Translations under genes and position numbers: made by a program | The notes under the pieces: generated by a model | Told to the model about the DNA's origin: nothing | The model's input: the letters and a program-made list of their open reading frames with translations, nothing else | The model's database searches: none | Shown: one piece after another, positions 17,720 through 27,527 of the stretch | Position numbering within the stretch: the first letter of the stretch is position 1 | How the letters are laid out: each line of letters starts with the position of its first letter | DNA from: Candidatus Altimarinota bacterium | GTDB lineage: Bacteria; Patescibacteriota; Gracilibacteria; UBA1369; 2-02-FULL-48-14 | NCBI GenBank assembly: GCA_015485665.1 | Contig: WFTC01000015.1 | Coordinates: 1,607-65,606 of the forward strand | DNA length: 64,000 nucleotides | Direction: 5' to 3'

Positions 17720-20467
17720 ATGAAAAAATCTACAATACGAAGTTTTCGGAAGAAAATGCGACAAATCTTATCGCGCCTACGTCCACAGCCTGAAATGACA
17801 CCTTTGCAGCGTGTTTTACGTTATTTCTTTATGACGATTGTGGCTTCCGGTTTGCTTGCTGGCGCTTTTCTTTTAAGCTACGCAATTTATTTGCTCTTCT
17901 CTCTTCCAAATCCGGGAGAATTGCGCAATCTGAACTTGACTGAATCCACATTAATAATGGACAGAGAGGGAAATTTACTCTATGCCGTACATGGAGATGA
18001 AAATAGAAAATCTTTAGACTCCTTGGAGGATATTTCTCCGTGGTTAATTGATGCAACAATTGCAATTGAAGATGATCAATTTTACCGTCATATAGGTGTT
18101 GATTTTCCTGCATTGTTTAAAGCCATGCTCTCTGAAATCGGAATAGGCACTCCTCGCGGGGGCTCAACCATCACACAACAATTTGTAAAAAACGCTTTTT
18201 TAAGCTCCGAAGTCACATATAAACGTAAATTTCAAGAAATCATAATGTCTTTCATGGTGGAATTTAAATTTTCCAAAGATGAAATTATGCTTATGTATCT
18301 AAACGCAATTCCTTACGGAAGTAATGCTTACGGCATAGAATTAGCAGCGGAACGTTACTTTGAAAAGGAGGCTAGAGACCTGACTTTGGGCGAAGCGGCA
18401 ATCTTAGCCGGAATTCCGAAAGCGCCATCACGTTATTCTCCTTACGGCAACTACCGTTACAGTACGCTTTATTTTGAACTGACTGAAGAATACTTGGGAA
18501 ACCGTGTGATTCGCAACGAATCAGACTTGGAATATGATGAGTGGACACGTGGACTGATAGGAAAAAGCTTTGAAAATCCGGATGGCAGCACTTTCTATCT
18601 GAAAGGGCGTTCGGATCTTGTTTTGGATCGTATGTTGGAACTGGATTACATTACGCAAAGTCAATATGATGAAGCTCTAAAAGAAATTCAAAATATCAAG
18701 TTCGTACCTTACAAAGATACAATCAAAGCGCCTCATTTTGTAATGTGGGTAAAACAACAACTTGAAGAAAAATATGGTACGGCAGTGGTAGAACAAGGTG
18801 GGCTCAAGGTTTATACAACTTTGGATCCAAACTATCAAGAAGCGGCAGAGAAGGCCATTGAAGAAAAGTATGAAAACAATGTGGATCTCTATGATGCAAG
18901 CAATGCCGCACTTATATCTGTGCAGCCTGAAACCGGACAAATTCTTGCAATGGTTGGCTCGGCTGACTATTTCAATGATGAAATTGACGGCCAAGTAAAC
19001 ATGATCACATCTTATCGCCAACCGGGCTCTTCTTTTAAACCTTTCGTATATGCTTTGACTTTTTTGAATCAATATTATCCGGCTACCATTCTTTATGATG
19101 TTCCAACTCGCTTTGGAAAGGATGAGCCAAATAATTACGATGGAAAGTTTTTAGGCCCCATAAGTATTCGTAAAGCGCTAGCTCAATCACGTAATATTCC
19201 CGCCGCCAAAGCCTATTTTATGGCGGGACAAGAAGAAGAAATTGTGCCATTCGTTAAAAACTTCGGCTTGGAATCAATAAATGAAAATGGAAATTACGGC
19301 TGGCCTTTGGCTCTTGGTACTGCGGAAGTTACACCTTTGGAATTGGCTGAAGCATATAGCGTATTTGCAAACGGCGGTGTTCATGTAAAACCGACCGCAA
19401 TACTCAAAGTGGAAAATGCCAACGGTGAAGTGCTTGAAATGTGGGAAGACAGGCAAATGAAACGCACGCAAGTATTGGATGAACAGGTAGCTTTCTTAAT
19501 AAATGACATTCTTTCGGACGAAAGTGTGGGGCTCGGTCCAAATGTCCGCATGGACAGCCTTAACAATGCAGCAAAAACCGGCACTTCCAACAAAGCTTTT
19601 GATGATGGTCGCATACTGCCAAACAATACTTGGCTCGCAGCCTACACTCCAAATCTTGTAACAATTACATGGGCGGGAAATTCTGACGGAGAAGCCATGA
19701 ATGAAAAAGCCAGCGGATATTCCACAGCTGCCCCGATTTGGAAACAATATATATCCAATATCTTAGATCGCCTTACTCCGGTTGAATGGCCTCGTCCTGA
19801 AGGTATAAAAGAATATGCCGTAAGTAAAGCAAGCGGTAAGCTTGCGGGAGATAATACTCCTTCGGATATGATCGGAACGGAAATTTTCGCAAGTTTTGCT
19901 ATCCCAACTGAAGTAGATGACAGTTATCAAGTGCTAAAGATAGAATCCATATCGGGTCGTCTTGCAACGGAATATTCTCCTTCGGAATTTGTGGAGGAAA
20001 GGTCTTTCAGAATACATAAATCCGTCATGGCTGATGTATGGCCTTCTTGGCAAGAAGATATAATGACTTGGGCAGCAGGACTGAATGCCAATGATGAATC
20101 CATATCTCCACCAACTGAATATGCAAGCGATATCCACAATGCCATAACTGCTGCAAACGCACCTGAAATCAGTATTAAATCTCCTTTGAGCCTTACAGTC
20201 ATAGATCCTAAAAATTTACCTGAAATTGAAGTGGATATTATAAGTGAAGGGAATGGATTTAAAGAGATAGTTTTCATGGTAAATGACAATATCACTTGGC
20301 GCACGGAAAACTCTCCATACAAAGGCAAAATTCGTATTCCGACCACGGCAAGCGAAGGAAGCATTGTTGAAGTAAGTGCAAAAATTTATGATAAATACGG
20401 ATATAGTGGAGAAAGCAGCATTCAGCTCCGAATTGGAAATCCCACAGAAAATGATGCTATGAATTAA
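17720..20467 (+). CDS. class A penicillin-binding protein (glycosyltransferase GT51 + transpeptidase)
   Basis: EDDQFYRHIGVD, GGSTITQQ, RKFQE, SSFKP (SxxK), SRN and KTGTS motifs. There is an N-terminal TM anchor and a roughly 200-aa C-terminal extension. Confidence 0.9.
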   Translation: MKKSTIRSFRKKMRQILSRLRPQPEMTPLQRVLRYFFMTIVASGLLAGAFLLSYAIYLLFSLPNPGELRNLNLTESTLIMDREGNLLYAVHGDENRKSLDSLEDISPWLIDATIAIEDDQFYRHIGVDFPALFKAMLSEIGIGTPRGGSTITQQFVKNAFLSSEVTYKRKFQEIIMSFMVEFKFSKDEIMLMYLNAIPYGSNAYGIELAAERYFEKEARDLTLGEAAILAGIPKAPSRYSPYGNYRYSTLYFELTEEYLGNRVIRNESDLEYDEWTRGLIGKSFENPDGSTFYLKGRSDLVLDRMLELDYITQSQYDEALKEIQNIKFVPYKDTIKAPHFVMWVKQQLEEKYGTAVVEQGGLKVYTTLDPNYQEAAEKAIEEKYENNVDLYDASNAALISVQPETGQILAMVGSADYFNDEIDGQVNMITSYRQPGSSFKPFVYALTFLNQYYPATILYDVPTRFGKDEPNNYDGKFLGPISIRKALAQSRNIPAAKAYFMAGQEEEIVPFVKNFGLESINENGNYGWPLALGTAEVTPLELAEAYSVFANGGVHVKPTAILKVENANGEVLEMWEDRQMKRTQVLDEQVAFLINDILSDESVGLGPNVRMDSLNNAAKTGTSNKAFDDGRILPNNTWLAAYTPNLVTITWAGNSDGEAMNEKASGYSTAAPIWKQYISNILDRLTPVEWPRPEGIKEYAVSKASGKLAGDNTPSDMIGTEIFASFAIPTEVDDSYQVLKIESISGRLATEYSPSEFVEERSFRIHKSVMADVWPSWQEDIMTWAAGLNANDESISPPTEYASDIHNAITAANAPEISIKSPLSLTVIDPKNLPEIEVDIISEGNGFKEIVFMVNDNITWRTENSPYKGKIRIPTTASEGSIVEVSAKIYDKYGYSGESSIQLRIGNPTENDAMN

Positions 20468-21014
20468 TTGTAGCAAGCAAAAGTCCGGTTCCGATATTTA
20501 TCTTAACTGTGTTCAGTCTGGGGTTTTCAATCATAAAATCTATAAAACCGGCAAAAGCTGTGCTGTGACTGTCAACATTATCCACTATGATAAGTCCTCC
20601 TTTTTGCATGCTTGGCTTTACAGCTTCATAAAATTGATAATGTTGCTTTTTAGTGGCATCAAAAAACACAAGATCAACAGTTTTGGGTAAATTCACCTCT
20701 TTATCATAAAACACTTCAGGTGCATGGTGAAGAATTTGTGTGATTTTATTGTTCATTTTGGCTTTATTAATGTTTGTTTTTGCACGCTCAAAACGTTCTT
20801 TGTGCGATTCAATCGTCCACAAATGTCCACTCTCACTTAAAGCGGATGCCATCCACAAAGCGCTATATCCAACAGATGTACCTATCTCAACAATGCTATT
20901 TGGTCGCCAAACTCGTACGAGGTAATGCAAAAATCTTCCCACTTCAGCACCCACAATCCACAAATTTTCTTTTGCATCTTCTCTTTCAATTGCTGATAGA
21001 ACTACTTTTAGCAT
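20457..21014 (-). CDS. class I SAM-dependent O-methyltransferase (family 3, caffeoyl-CoA-OMT-like)
   Basis: VEIGTSVGYSALWMA SAM loop, then VFFDATKKQHYQFYE. The start is taken at MLKVV. The 3' end overlaps the PBP gene by 11 nt (convergent). Confidence 0.7.
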   Translation of the reverse strand: MLKVVLSAIEREDAKENLWIVGAEVGRFLHYLVRVWRPNSIVEIGTSVGYSALWMASALSESGHLWTIESHKERFERAKTNINKAKMNNKITQILHHAPEVFYDKEVNLPKTVDLVFFDATKKQHYQFYEAVKPSMQKGGLIIVDNVDSHSTAFAGFIDFMIENPRLNTVKINIGTGLLLATINS

Positions 21015-21627
21015 GATGAGACGGCGTAAAATTTTGCAAAAAATCAAGGATTTGAGAAAAAGCCTTGCCACGATGACTTATCTTATTTTTCTCTTCCTCA
21101 CTCATTGCAGAATAAACTTTATTAAAACCTTCAGGTAAGAACACACTGGACAATGGTATGCCGGATTGAATAGGAGCCATCACATCATTCACTATTTCCC
21201 CTTTTGTCTCTCCTATAAATACCTTCTCTTCTCCGTTTGGCATGCGAATAACCGCACAACAAAGAAAGGCTGCATTGCGCATCTTTTCTTTCTCCATACG
21301 CTTCATAAAAGTGTCCAGCCAAAGTTCATCACAGGCATCTTCTCCCGCTCCCCAACGACGAGTTTTTACCCCCAACTCGCCATCCAGAGCCTGAACATTA
21401 ACTCCGCTATCATCCGCAACAACAATCATGTCTTTTGCTCTTTCAGCATAAAAGCGAGCCTTGCCTATGGCATTTTCTTCATAACTCTCACCTTTGCTTT
21501 CATCAAAATCTTCTTCAATACCAAGATCTGACAAAGAATGAAAACGAGCTCCGCTAGGCATGAGTATATTCTCAATTTCTTTAAATTTTCCAATATTGTG
21601 AGTTGCAATGAGAATGTCCATAATCAC
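20986..21627 (-). CDS. rdgB: non-canonical purine NTP pyrophosphatase (RdgB/HAM1 family)
   Basis: ILIATHNIGKFKE start, internal ETKGEI, and a C-terminal ISHRGKAF motif. Confidence 0.85.
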   Translation of the reverse strand: MIMDILIATHNIGKFKEIENILMPSGARFHSLSDLGIEEDFDESKGESYEENAIGKARFYAERAKDMIVVADDSGVNVQALDGELGVKTRRWGAGEDACDELWLDTFMKRMEKEKMRNAAFLCCAVIRMPNGEEKVFIGETKGEIVNDVMAPIQSGIPLSSVFLPEGFNKVYSAMSEEEKNKISHRGKAFSQILDFLQNFTPSHHAKSSSISN

Positions 21628-21640
21628 GCCCTAGTGTACA

Positions 21641-22891
21641 ATGAAGCCGATGAAAAGAAAATATTCACATTATTTTTCCGTTCCGACTCTGGGCATATTT
21701 ATTACTTTGATTATTGCCCTTATAGGCGAGTTATACCGCCTAAAAGGACTTTTACTTCTAGATATTTGGACTCCGATTTTTACAGGATCTTGGCTTTTAT
21801 GGAAATATAAGCAAGGGAAAATACCCACAGCATCAAAATTACATCTAGCAGCAATAATGTTTGCAGCCCTAGCTTTTATATCTCTTCTTGTCAATTCAGG
21901 TGAAATGTCTAAAGGCGAATTCATCGCTGCAGCCATGTATGGCATAAGATGGACATCACTTATATTATTGGCATTTTTGATAATGGATGAAAACCCGGAA
22001 ATCAAAAAAATAATACAATTGGAGCTATTGATCTTTTCCTGCATGCTTGCCATTGCCGGATTCATTCAACTTACAATTATGCCGGATTTTTCACAATTTG
22101 AAATATTGGGATGGGATCCGCATCAAGGACGCCTATTGAGCACTTGGTTTGATCCTAATTTTGTTGGAGCTTATTTGGCATTTTCCTTACCGGTATTCAT
22201 GGGAATAGCATGGGACAGCAAAAAATACCCTGCATTGTGGCTTTTGATTTTGGGACTTATGGCTCTGGCTTTATTGCTGACTCTTTCCAGAAGTGCATAT
22301 CTTGCAGGAATTGTCGGCATGGGCATTTTTGCACTTATACGTTCACGCAAATTATTTATCTTTTTGATAATCGCAACATTACTGAGCTTGACTATATTAA
22401 GCCCCGTGCGAGAAAGAAGCATATCTTTGGTGCAAAGCATTATTGACAGCACAAGTGAAAGCTATTTTCTGCCGGATCCTTCCGCACGACTTCGTTTCAA
22501 CTCTTGGGAAGAAGCTTGGCGTTTATTTCTTGATAAGCCCTTGCTTGGTCAGGGTTATAATCGTTACGCTGAAGCAGCTTTAAAACTTGGAAGCTTAAAA
22601 GATACAAAGATTCACTCTGCAAACGGATCGGACTCTTCTTTATTGACAATTTTAGCGACAACGGGAGTTTTAGGCTTTCTTCCTTTCATATCATTATATG
22701 CAATGATTTTACGAAAAGCATGGTGGACATGGTCGCATCATAATAAGAGCTCAGCCCTAGGTTTATTCACGGGCATTACAGGCTTATTCATACATTCTAT
22801 ATTTGTAAACAGCCTTTTATTCCCCTTGTTGCTTGCTCCTTTTTGGATAAGCGTAGGCTCAGTCTTGCCAGATAAAGTAAAAATCCGCTAG
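21641..22891 (+). CDS. O-antigen ligase/polymerase-like membrane protein (Wzy_C-type)
   Basis: About 10 TM helices with the characteristic LLTLSRSAYLAGIVG loop region. Confidence 0.6.
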   Translation: MKPMKRKYSHYFSVPTLGIFITLIIALIGELYRLKGLLLLDIWTPIFTGSWLLWKYKQGKIPTASKLHLAAIMFAALAFISLLVNSGEMSKGEFIAAAMYGIRWTSLILLAFLIMDENPEIKKIIQLELLIFSCMLAIAGFIQLTIMPDFSQFEILGWDPHQGRLLSTWFDPNFVGAYLAFSLPVFMGIAWDSKKYPALWLLILGLMALALLLTLSRSAYLAGIVGMGIFALIRSRKLFIFLIIATLLSLTILSPVRERSISLVQSIIDSTSESYFLPDPSARLRFNSWEEAWRLFLDKPLLGQGYNRYAEAALKLGSLKDTKIHSANGSDSSLLTILATTGVLGFLPFISLYAMILRKAWWTWSHHNKSSALGLFTGITGLFIHSIFVNSLLFPLLLAPFWISVGSVLPDKVKIR

Positions 22892-22917
22892 GCTCTAGCT
22901 ATATTTAACTCTTTCGT

Positions 22918-23475
22918 ATGTATTCAATAGCACAACTCAAACCCGGTGTTGCCATAATGGTGGATGGTGACCCTTATCTTGTTACAAAATCACAATTTTC
23001 AAAGCAAGCACGTCAAGGTGGCACAATGAAAACAGTTCTTAGAAACTTAAAAACCGGTGCAAATATTCAAAAAACCTTTAGCGGAAACGAAAAATGCGAA
23101 GCTGCAGACTTAGAGCGAGCAAGGTGTCAATACTTGTACGATGATGGAAGTAAAGGCATTTTTATGCACAAAGACACATATGAGCAATATGAAATAGATC
23201 TTGAGCTTCTAGGTAGACAAAAGGGCTATCTTTTGGAAGGTGGCGATGCAGATGTACTTCTTTTTGAAGGAAATGCCATAGGTCTTAGCTTGCCTCCAAA
23301 AGTAGAACTGAAAGTAATTGAAACTCCTCCTGGAGTAAAAGGAGACACTGCTCAAGGAGGATCAAAGCCGGCAAAACTTGAAACAGGCGTAATGATTAAT
23401 GTACCACTTTTCATTAATGAAGGTGATCTCATTCGTGTAAATACCGAGGAAGGGACTTACGTTGAGAGGGTTTGA
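22918..23475 (+). CDS. efp: elongation factor P
   Basis: It aligns along its full length with the E. coli and Pseudomonas EF-P sequences I recall (DGDPYLV..SQFSK..R, C-terminal RVNTEEGTYVERV). Confidence 0.95.
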   Translation: MYSIAQLKPGVAIMVDGDPYLVTKSQFSKQARQGGTMKTVLRNLKTGANIQKTFSGNEKCEAADLERARCQYLYDDGSKGIFMHKDTYEQYEIDLELLGRQKGYLLEGGDADVLLFEGNAIGLSLPPKVELKVIETPPGVKGDTAQGGSKPAKLETGVMINVPLFINEGDLIRVNTEEGTYVERV

Positions 23476-24184
23476 GCAAAAGCCATTTTAAAAGCTCAAG
23501 TGCATAAGCTTGATCTATAAAAAATGGACTTGTAGCTATACTCACAAAAGATGCTTTTTCCAAATGCTTCCAAATAAAAATCTTGGCTTTTTGAAAATCA
23601 ATATCAAGTTCAGGTACAAAATAATCCAAATCTATATTTAAAATTTTATTGCCTTGCTCAAAATAGCTTTCATCTTCCAATGCTAAATTCCCTGTAACAA
23701 ATTGAACATTCTTTAAAAGACCTTCTTCAATTGCCGGTCTTATATAATTACCAACATTCAAAAACTCATTTGTATATTGAAAAGCTGAATTAAGATCTTT
23801 ATGAACATAAGCTACAGGTGCAGACCTCATGTCTTTGTGCTGATCTATATGAATCAAAGTGGCTCCTCTTTGCAACAGACCTTTCTCCATGGCTTCATAC
23901 CAAAAATAAAAAACATGATTGTGATTATCCACAATAATGCTTGGAACCCCCTCCCAATTCGTTTCAATGAAAGCCTCAAGTCCCGTACATTCCCTCAAAA
24001 ATCCGTCAAAATCGGAAAAGGCTATTTTATTACCAAGTTTAAGATCTTCAAAAGACCCTTTCCTGCGCTCCGGTACATAAAGCCTTGGCATGGCTTTATT
24101 ATGGCTTCTAATTTCCCATGCAAAAGCATTATTGCCTCTTTTTTGCATCAAATAAAAAGCTTTGTCATACATTCTCTTTTGCAT
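23429..24184 (-). CDS. hypothetical protein, UPF0489-like (arginase/deacetylase-fold candidate)
   Basis: IIVDNHNHVFYFWYEA ... LIHIDQHKDM resembles the UPF0489 signature as I recall it. It is the last gene of a minus-strand operon. Its 3' end overlaps efp by 47 nt. Confidence 0.4.
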   Translation of the reverse strand: MQKRMYDKAFYLMQKRGNNAFAWEIRSHNKAMPRLYVPERRKGSFEDLKLGNKIAFSDFDGFLRECTGLEAFIETNWEGVPSIIVDNHNHVFYFWYEAMEKGLLQRGATLIHIDQHKDMRSAPVAYVHKDLNSAFQYTNEFLNVGNYIRPAIEEGLLKNVQFVTGNLALEDESYFEQGNKILNIDLDYFVPELDIDFQKAKIFIWKHLEKASFVSIATSPFFIDQAYALELLKWLLLKPSQRKSLPRYLHE

Positions 24185-26525
24185 TACAAGGCGCCAACAT
24201 TTCTAAAAATTGCACGGGCCATATTGGGGGAGATTGATCCAATGCTTGATGATACAAAACCGTAGATGGAGTAAGTGCTGGCATGGTGTTCACCTCAATT
24301 ACAATCACCTCTCCTGTATCCAAATTCATGAAAGTATCAATTCTACAATAGCTGCGTATTCCAAGAGCTTTAGCTACGATTTCCATGGATTTTTTTACTC
24401 TTTGAATAACTGCCTTTGATGTCATAAATGAAGGTGGAGGAGTAAGATTTATACCTGTTCCACCTTGAAATTTCTCCTCAAGAGTCAAAACTTCCCCTTC
24501 TGCCACCGTTAAACTTGGACTTAAAGCTTTATACTCTCCTTTGTTTTCCAAAACTCCAACGGTAACTTCCACAAAAGCTGTTCTTTTTTCCCATTTCAGC
24601 TCTTTACCGGAAACATAAAGTTTATCTGTTTCAATAAAACTTTCCACCATAACTTTTTTCAAGGGATGAGGCGGCATTTCAATAATATTGTTTTGCTGAG
24701 TAAAAGTGCCTTTTTCAATAAAAGGTGAACCTTGTGCCGCTAAAATTAAATATTTTTTATAATCTTTTTCATTGAAAAGTCGGACAATACCGGAGGAACA
24801 GCCTTCATCTTGAGGTTTAACAATAAGTGTATCGCTGCACAAAATATCTTGCAGTTGCACCCAAGTAAACTCTGGAGAATGTGTGGTGATAAGCTGTTTT
24901 GGTGCTGTTTTAATATAAGGATCGTTAATCTCCATAATACACTTTCCTGTCTTGAATTTATCCATACACAAAGCTGAACTTTGCTTGCCAGAACCGTTAT
25001 AAGGAACGCCTGCCTCATCCAACATAGCTTGCAGCACTCCGTTTTCTCCAATGCCGCCATGCAAAGCAATAAATACAGCAGGGCTCTTTTGAATAAACTC
25101 TTTCAAGCTCATTTTTTTTGGCAAAAACACAGACGCACTAAATGCTGTGTTAGCTAATCCCAAACTCTTCCTGATTTTTGTGCGCAAAATTAGGTTTCTC
25201 TTTTCATTCTCTTTTGCAGAATTACAATTATCCATAATTTCTTCCACAGTATGATTTAAAATAAATGAGTAAGGCAACTCCCAAACATTTTCGTCCATAT
25301 CCAAAAAATATGGTCTGGCTTGAATTTTCTTTGAACGGAGCAATTTAAGCCATACATTACTTCCGGACAATAAAGAAACTTGCCTCTCTGAACTGAACCC
25401 TCCAAAAAGTACATTCACAACTTCTTTTTTTCTGGCAAGAACCTTTTCTTCTGGAAGCCTTAAATCATAACGTGCCGTAGCTCCACATAGAATATGACGA
25501 ATCAGATCCCTATGACTCATACCTATGGCTGCAGCTTGTTGAAAAAGAAAACTGTTCTGCTCCATTCCACTGATAGGATTAAAATCTGAAAACCAAATAT
25601 TCCCATCAGGAAATAGCCAGCCGTCAAAACGAGCAAAATCTCGCATACCAAACAAAGTGAAAAGCTCTTGTGCTTGCCTTTGAATGTGCTCAATCTTATC
25701 CATGCTAAAACGAGCAGGACAATGATAACGCACCATATTTGTAGGAAGATATTTTTTTCTATAATCAAAAATCTGCTGCTTATCTTCCTTTTTACAAGTC
25801 TTTATTTCAATCTCAGTCGGCATAAGCGCCACCGGCATGGAAAATTTGTTCTGCAATACAATAACCGTAAATTCAATGCCTCGGCAAAAAGGCTCAAGCA
25901 CTGCACGGGTATCAATACCTTTTGCAAATAAAAAATTCGCCTTTTCAGTAGCTTCTTCAAAAGAATTCACAGAAAAAACTCCAATGCTTGACCCTCCGCC
26001 TGCAGGTTTAACCACAGCTTGTTTCAATTTATTTTTTTTAAAAAAAGCTTCAATCTTACACTCCATGTCTTTTTGCCCCTTTGTAAATACACTTGAATCT
26101 AAAGTAAAAAATCCATGTTTTTTTATGAATTCATTTGCCTTGAATTTATCAAAACACTTTTCACAAGCATGAGAATCACTACCAACATAAGGAATTTTCC
26201 AATCCTCTAAAAGTTTTTGAATTCCTCCATCTTCTCCAAAATATCCATGCATGATTGGAAAAGCTAAATCTACAGCTCTCAAAACTTTGGACAGTTCCGC
26301 TAAACTTAAACTCTTGGCTTTTTCATCCAGTTTAAAATCAAAATCCAAAGGGGTGTTTGAATAAAGTTGAGCTTTTGAAATCAAGTAAGGCTCCTTTTTT
26401 TGGTTAAAATAAACAGGTATTATTTCAATTGCTTCATTCTCCAAATGGTCAGATACACTACGTGCCGAATTAAGCGAAATTCCTCGTTCAGAAGAAGGTC
26501 CGCCAAATATTAATGCAACTTTCAT
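24165..26525 (-). CDS. ddl: fused tandem D-alanine--D-alanine ligase family protein (two complete Ddl/ATP-grasp modules)
   Basis: Module 1: KVALIFGGPSSERGISLNSA ... IFDYRKKY ... ARFDGWL ... NPISGM. Module 2: VNVLFGGFSSERQVSLLSG ... LTLEEKFQGG ... CRIDTFM ... EVNTMPALT. The start at 26525 lies just after the stop of the upstream gene. Confidence 0.8.
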   Translation of the reverse strand: MKVALIFGGPSSERGISLNSARSVSDHLENEAIEIIPVYFNQKKEPYLISKAQLYSNTPLDFDFKLDEKAKSLSLAELSKVLRAVDLAFPIMHGYFGEDGGIQKLLEDWKIPYVGSDSHACEKCFDKFKANEFIKKHGFFTLDSSVFTKGQKDMECKIEAFFKKNKLKQAVVKPAGGGSSIGVFSVNSFEEATEKANFLFAKGIDTRAVLEPFCRGIEFTVIVLQNKFSMPVALMPTEIEIKTCKKEDKQQIFDYRKKYLPTNMVRYHCPARFSMDKIEHIQRQAQELFTLFGMRDFARFDGWLFPDGNIWFSDFNPISGMEQNSFLFQQAAAIGMSHRDLIRHILCGATARYDLRLPEEKVLARKKEVVNVLFGGFSSERQVSLLSGSNVWLKLLRSKKIQARPYFLDMDENVWELPYSFILNHTVEEIMDNCNSAKENEKRNLILRTKIRKSLGLANTAFSASVFLPKKMSLKEFIQKSPAVFIALHGGIGENGVLQAMLDEAGVPYNGSGKQSSALCMDKFKTGKCIMEINDPYIKTAPKQLITTHSPEFTWVQLQDILCSDTLIVKPQDEGCSSGIVRLFNEKDYKKYLILAAQGSPFIEKGTFTQQNNIIEMPPHPLKKVMVESFIETDKLYVSGKELKWEKRTAFVEVTVGVLENKGEYKALSPSLTVAEGEVLTLEEKFQGGTGINLTPPPSFMTSKAVIQRVKKSMEIVAKALGIRSYCRIDTFMNLDTGEVIVIEVNTMPALTPSTVLYHQALDQSPPIWPVQFLEMLAPCNAKENV

Positions 26526-26544
26526 AACTCTCTTTTCATAGGAT

Positions 26545-27510
26545 TCATAGCATGAAATACTTCTCAATTTGCGTTTGAGCAATTTCTTGCAAAATTTCTC
26601 TGCCTTCATTTAAAGGCAGAGACTGTGGACAACGTTGCTTAAGATACTCTGCATAACTAATGCCTTGCTGCGCCAATAACTTGACCTGCTCCCAATACTC
26701 ACGAACATCAGCCAAATATTCGGATACATTAAAGGCTCTTGATCCCGCATCATAAATAATACAACGCTCCAAAGGATAAGCTACTTGAAAGGTTTGAGAT
26801 TCCAAAAATTCAGGCGCCAATATCGCCGGATAACGTAAAAGATCCGTACCGGGAATAGCAATACTTAAATTGCTATTATCTTTCGGCAGCCCAAAAATAC
26901 CTTCAATATAAACCACTCTGCTTTCTTCATAACAACAGAATTCTTGCCTGCACACATTGTCTACTTCCTCCATAAGCTCTTCTGCACGTTCACTGCCAAA
27001 AGTAAAAAATGTGATTCGCTTAAAACTCACTTTTTGTTCTTTTGCGAGGCTAACTATTTTTTTTAAAGCATATTCCAAGCTAACTCCGGTTGCCACCACA
27101 TCTCCCAAATAAATATCCGCTTCATCAGGCAAATACACTTTTTCATATCTATTTTCTGTAATATGCCAACCTTCTTTGTCATCATAAACTCTTTGTGCGG
27201 AAATAAAAGCCGTCCTGTGCAGCATCCAATCTTTTCCTTCCGCAAGGGCTTCACGCAAACCAAAATTCAAACCTCCTCGCAAAATATTAAAAACAATTCC
27301 TTGTGACTCATTCACGTCTAAAGATTCAGGAAGTTGTGCCAAGGCTTTTTGCATTGCAAGCTTTAATTTATCTGTATATTCCAAACCACAAACGGCAGGG
27401 TCATTACAAATTTGCCGTGTTTCGGGCGTACTTAAAATATATCGTTTTAAAGATCCCCTATCTTTAAGGGCATAAAGAGAAATGGCTGGATTTTTTATAA
27501 TAATTTGCAT
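26545..27510 (-). CDS. divergent phosphoribosyltransferase-fold protein (UPRT-like) with C-terminal extension
   Basis: ILRGGLNF (compare UPRT ILRAGLGM), a PRPP loop DVVATGVSL, and IPGTD (compare PGLGD). There is an extra C-terminal extension of roughly 85 aa. Confidence 0.5.
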   Translation of the reverse strand: MQIIIKNPAISLYALKDRGSLKRYILSTPETRQICNDPAVCGLEYTDKLKLAMQKALAQLPESLDVNESQGIVFNILRGGLNFGLREALAEGKDWMLHRTAFISAQRVYDDKEGWHITENRYEKVYLPDEADIYLGDVVATGVSLEYALKKIVSLAKEQKVSFKRITFFTFGSERAEELMEEVDNVCRQEFCCYEESRVVYIEGIFGLPKDNSNLSIAIPGTDLLRYPAILAPEFLESQTFQVAYPLERCIIYDAGSRAFNVSEYLADVREYWEQVKLLAQQGISYAEYLKQRCPQSLPLNEGREILQEIAQTQIEKYFML

Positions 27511-27527
27511 GTAAAAATATTCTTAAT

